Source of the DNA: Candidatus Latescibacterota bacterium
Lineage (GTDB): Bacteria; Latescibacterota; CBDEFO01
Assembly (NCBI GenBank): GCA_965248755.1
Contig: OZ252149.1
Location: 3,392,001-3,456,000 of the forward strand
Length of the DNA stretch: 64,000 bases
Direction: 5' to 3'
Shown here: piece by piece, positions 61,684 to 64,000 of the stretch
Layout of the letters: every line of letters begins with the position of its first letter
Position numbering within the stretch: position 1 is the stretch's first letter
Notes under the pieces: generated by a model
Databases searched by the model: none
Told to the model about the DNA's origin: nothing
The model's input: the letters and a program-made list of their open reading frames with translations, nothing else
Made by a program: the position numbers and the translations under genes

Positions 61684-63583
61684 GTGAAAAAGACTAACAA
61701 AAATGAGGAGAACAAAAGACAAACCATACCGCTCCCCTTGACAGAGCGACAAATATTTCGCAAATTGGGGTTTGAGAAGGGAGGTCAAGGTGTCGAGCCC
61801 CGAAGTGAAAGATGGTAAGCGCTGGACGGCGACCCGTAAGGGAGAGATTGTGTTGGCTCTTTTGAGAGGAGCAGATCTATCTGAGGTGTGTCGTAAGAAT
61901 GGAATTAGCCAGTCGCAGGCGTATGCTTGGCGTGATAGTTTCTTAGAAGGGGGCCAGGAGAGTCTGAAGTCTCGGCGTGGTCGCAAGGATCCGAAGGAGC
62001 GAGAGGTTAGCCGGTTGGAGCGCAAGGTAGGGCAGTTGACGCTCCAGTTGGAGATACTCGAAGAGGTAGCCCGTCTAAAAAAAACGAAGCGGTTGCCTTG
62101 AGTGGGCGGTTTTTGGGTCGAGGCTATTCCCGCAAGGTGGTAGCTTTGGCTTTGGGTTTGCATCGTTCGACTCTGTATAGGTTTAGGGATAGAGGTGTCA
62201 GTTCTTCTGTTAAAGAGCCTGTGATAGATGAGGAGCTTGCTTTTCGTATTCGAGGGATACTGGACCAAGAAGAGGCATTTGGTCACAGGCGGGTTTGGGC
62301 GCATCTTCGTTTCAAGGAAGGGGAATGTGTCAACGTTAAGAAGGTTCATAGGATAATGAAGCTTAAGGGGTGGCAGTGTAAGCTGTGGAATCGTCCCGGG
62401 AGAAAGGGGCCACAGGTTGCCCAGAAGCGTTCTGTGGTGGATAGTCCCGACAGTTTGTGGTCGAGTGACTTGACAAAGATTTACTGTGGAAAAGATGGTT
62501 GGTGTCCTCTTATTGCGGTGGTGGACAACGGAAGCCGGGAGGTTCCTGGGTATCGTTTTAGTCGAAAAGGGAGGGCACTGGAGGCCACAGATGCCCTGGA
62601 TCGGGCCGTGATCTCTCGATACACTTCCAAGGAGGCTGTCCCCCAGGGTCTCACTTTGCGCTCTGACAATGGTTCCATCTTTTTGGCTCGGGCCTATTTG
62701 GCCAGTACCGAATATTGGGGAATTCGTCAGGAATACATACCAAGTGGTAAACCCGATTGGAACGGTGTTGTAGAGCGTTTTTTCAGGACCCTCAAGCAAG
62801 AGTGTGTTTGGCTTCACAAGTTTGAATCCTTTGAACAGGCTGAGAAGATCATATCTCAGTGGATCGATAATTACAACAAGAACAGGCTTCATTCATCCCT
62901 GGGATATAAGACCCCAAAAGAGTGGAGAAAACAATTTTATCTACTACCCCAGGTTGCTTAATTGGTGTCGCTTTCCTGGGAAGCAGTACAAAACGGAGGC
63001 TCTTGAAACGGGCATTCCGCAAAGAGCAGCGGACGTTCTGCTGACCAATGAAAGGGGCCAGGATAAGGATTTAAGCTCTGTCCTTTCCGATCTTTGTGAA
63101 CTCATTGAAAGGGAAATAGAGGCCTTCAACTGGCTAATGTCGCTGCTTAAAGAACAAAAAAGGATAATCGGCGACGGAGAATTAGAAGGCTTCAAAGAAA
63201 ATCTGATGAGGCAGGAAGAGACTATCGCCAAGGCCCGATTCCTCAAGCAGGACAGGATAAACAAGATGAAGACTATTGCCCTAAAGTTGAGCATTCCTTC
63301 TGAAGGATTAACGATGATAAAGCTTATCCAGTCGGTACAGGAACAGTACTCATCAAGATTGAAGGAGCTGAGAGATACCCTGATAACCCTTGCGGGAAGA
63401 ATCAACTGGGTGACCAAAGACAACAGGTATCTGATAGAACGATCTCTAAATACTGTGGATAAGAACCTAAAGATCATAGTCGGAGCTGCAGAGAAAAATC
63501 ATCTCTACCTTAAGCAGAACGGCCCCAAGGGCTCCATCCGATCGGAAAGCTCGGTCAAGAGGATACTCGATCTTACATTCTAA
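61684..63583 (+). pseudogene. flgN: flagellar export chaperone FlgN, probably interrupted by IS copy 3
   Basis: Helical FlgN-like frame 62993-63583 upstream of flgK. Removing the IS and one TSD restores an ORF from GTG 61684 (MKKTNKNEENKRQ|TEALE...). Confidence 0.65.
61725..62990 (+). mobile_element. IS3-family insertion sequence, copy 3, TSD AAAC (orfA 61772-62101, orfB 62098-62961)
   Basis: Same proteins and ends as copy 1; AAAC at 61721-61724 and 62991-62994. Confidence 0.95.
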
Positions 63584-63612
63584 AGACCTCAACAAAAGAG
63601 GAGAAGTCAGTC

Positions 63613-64000
63613 ATGTCTGGCATATTGGGAATCATGGAAATAGGGAGAAGAGCGTTGAATGCTCAGCAGGTAGCTTTGAATACTACGGGTCACAACATTG
63701 CCAACGCGAATACAGAAGGATTCACACGGCAGGAGGCCGTTTTAAAGTCAGCCCAGCCCTTAAAACTCTTATTTGGGCACGTAGGCACAGGCGTTGATGT
63801 AACCGAAATCAGACGTTTCAGAGATCAGTTTATAGATTCTCAGATAAGAGAGGAAAAAAGGGGTCTTGGGAGTGCAACTTACAAACGGACAGGTTTTGAG
63901 GAGATAGAGACCATACTCAACGAACCTTCCGAATCGGGGTTGAGGAGCATGCTTGCACGCTTTTTCAACAGCTTCCAAGAGTTAGCTAATAATCCAGAGA
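63613..64000 (+). CDS. flgK: flagellar hook-associated protein FlgK (5' part, runs off the window)
   Basis: MSGILGIMEIGRRALNAQQVALNTTGHNIANANTEGFTRQ...GTGV....I.R.RD. Confidence 0.93.
   Translation, partial: MSGILGIMEIGRRALNAQQVALNTTGHNIANANTEGFTRQEAVLKSAQPLKLLFGHVGTGVDVTEIRRFRDQFIDSQIREEKRGLGSATYKRTGFEEIETILNEPSESGLRSMLARFFNSFQELANNPE

Overview
Bacterial (diderm) chromosomal window. The PorZ/PorV-like proteins and a FlgD-Ig-type C-terminus suggest an FCB-related lineage, but this is inference only. There are four zones. (1) 1-10.7 kb: envelope and housekeeping genes (lnt, beta-propeller protein, flippase, nadD, bamD, cpoB/ybgF-like, LysE). (2) 10.8-39 kb: an accessory catabolic region (sugar isomerases, oxidoreductases, NRAMP-like permease, two duplicated glycoside-hydrolase-like genes, sialidase-like protein, aldolases) with several pseudogenes and a minimal PolX. 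(3) 39-54 kb: YceI, hydrolases, a TrpE/PabB-family gene and two-component genes. (4) 54-64 kb: motAB and a sigma-54 flgFGAHIJ-flgN-flgK flagellar cluster. Three apparently identical 1266-bp IS3-family copies with 4-bp target duplications and a non-canonical 5'-CA left end are present, one probably splitting flgN, plus an older truncated copy. The most striking unexplained signal is a dispersed 23-bp hairpin, (C/T)CCCCGATTGA(A/T)TCTATCGGGG(G/A), at 14 loci. It shows compensatory stem changes, nests inside itself and inside two other hairpin repeat families, and sits in frame inside protein genes. No cognate mobiliser is evident in the window.
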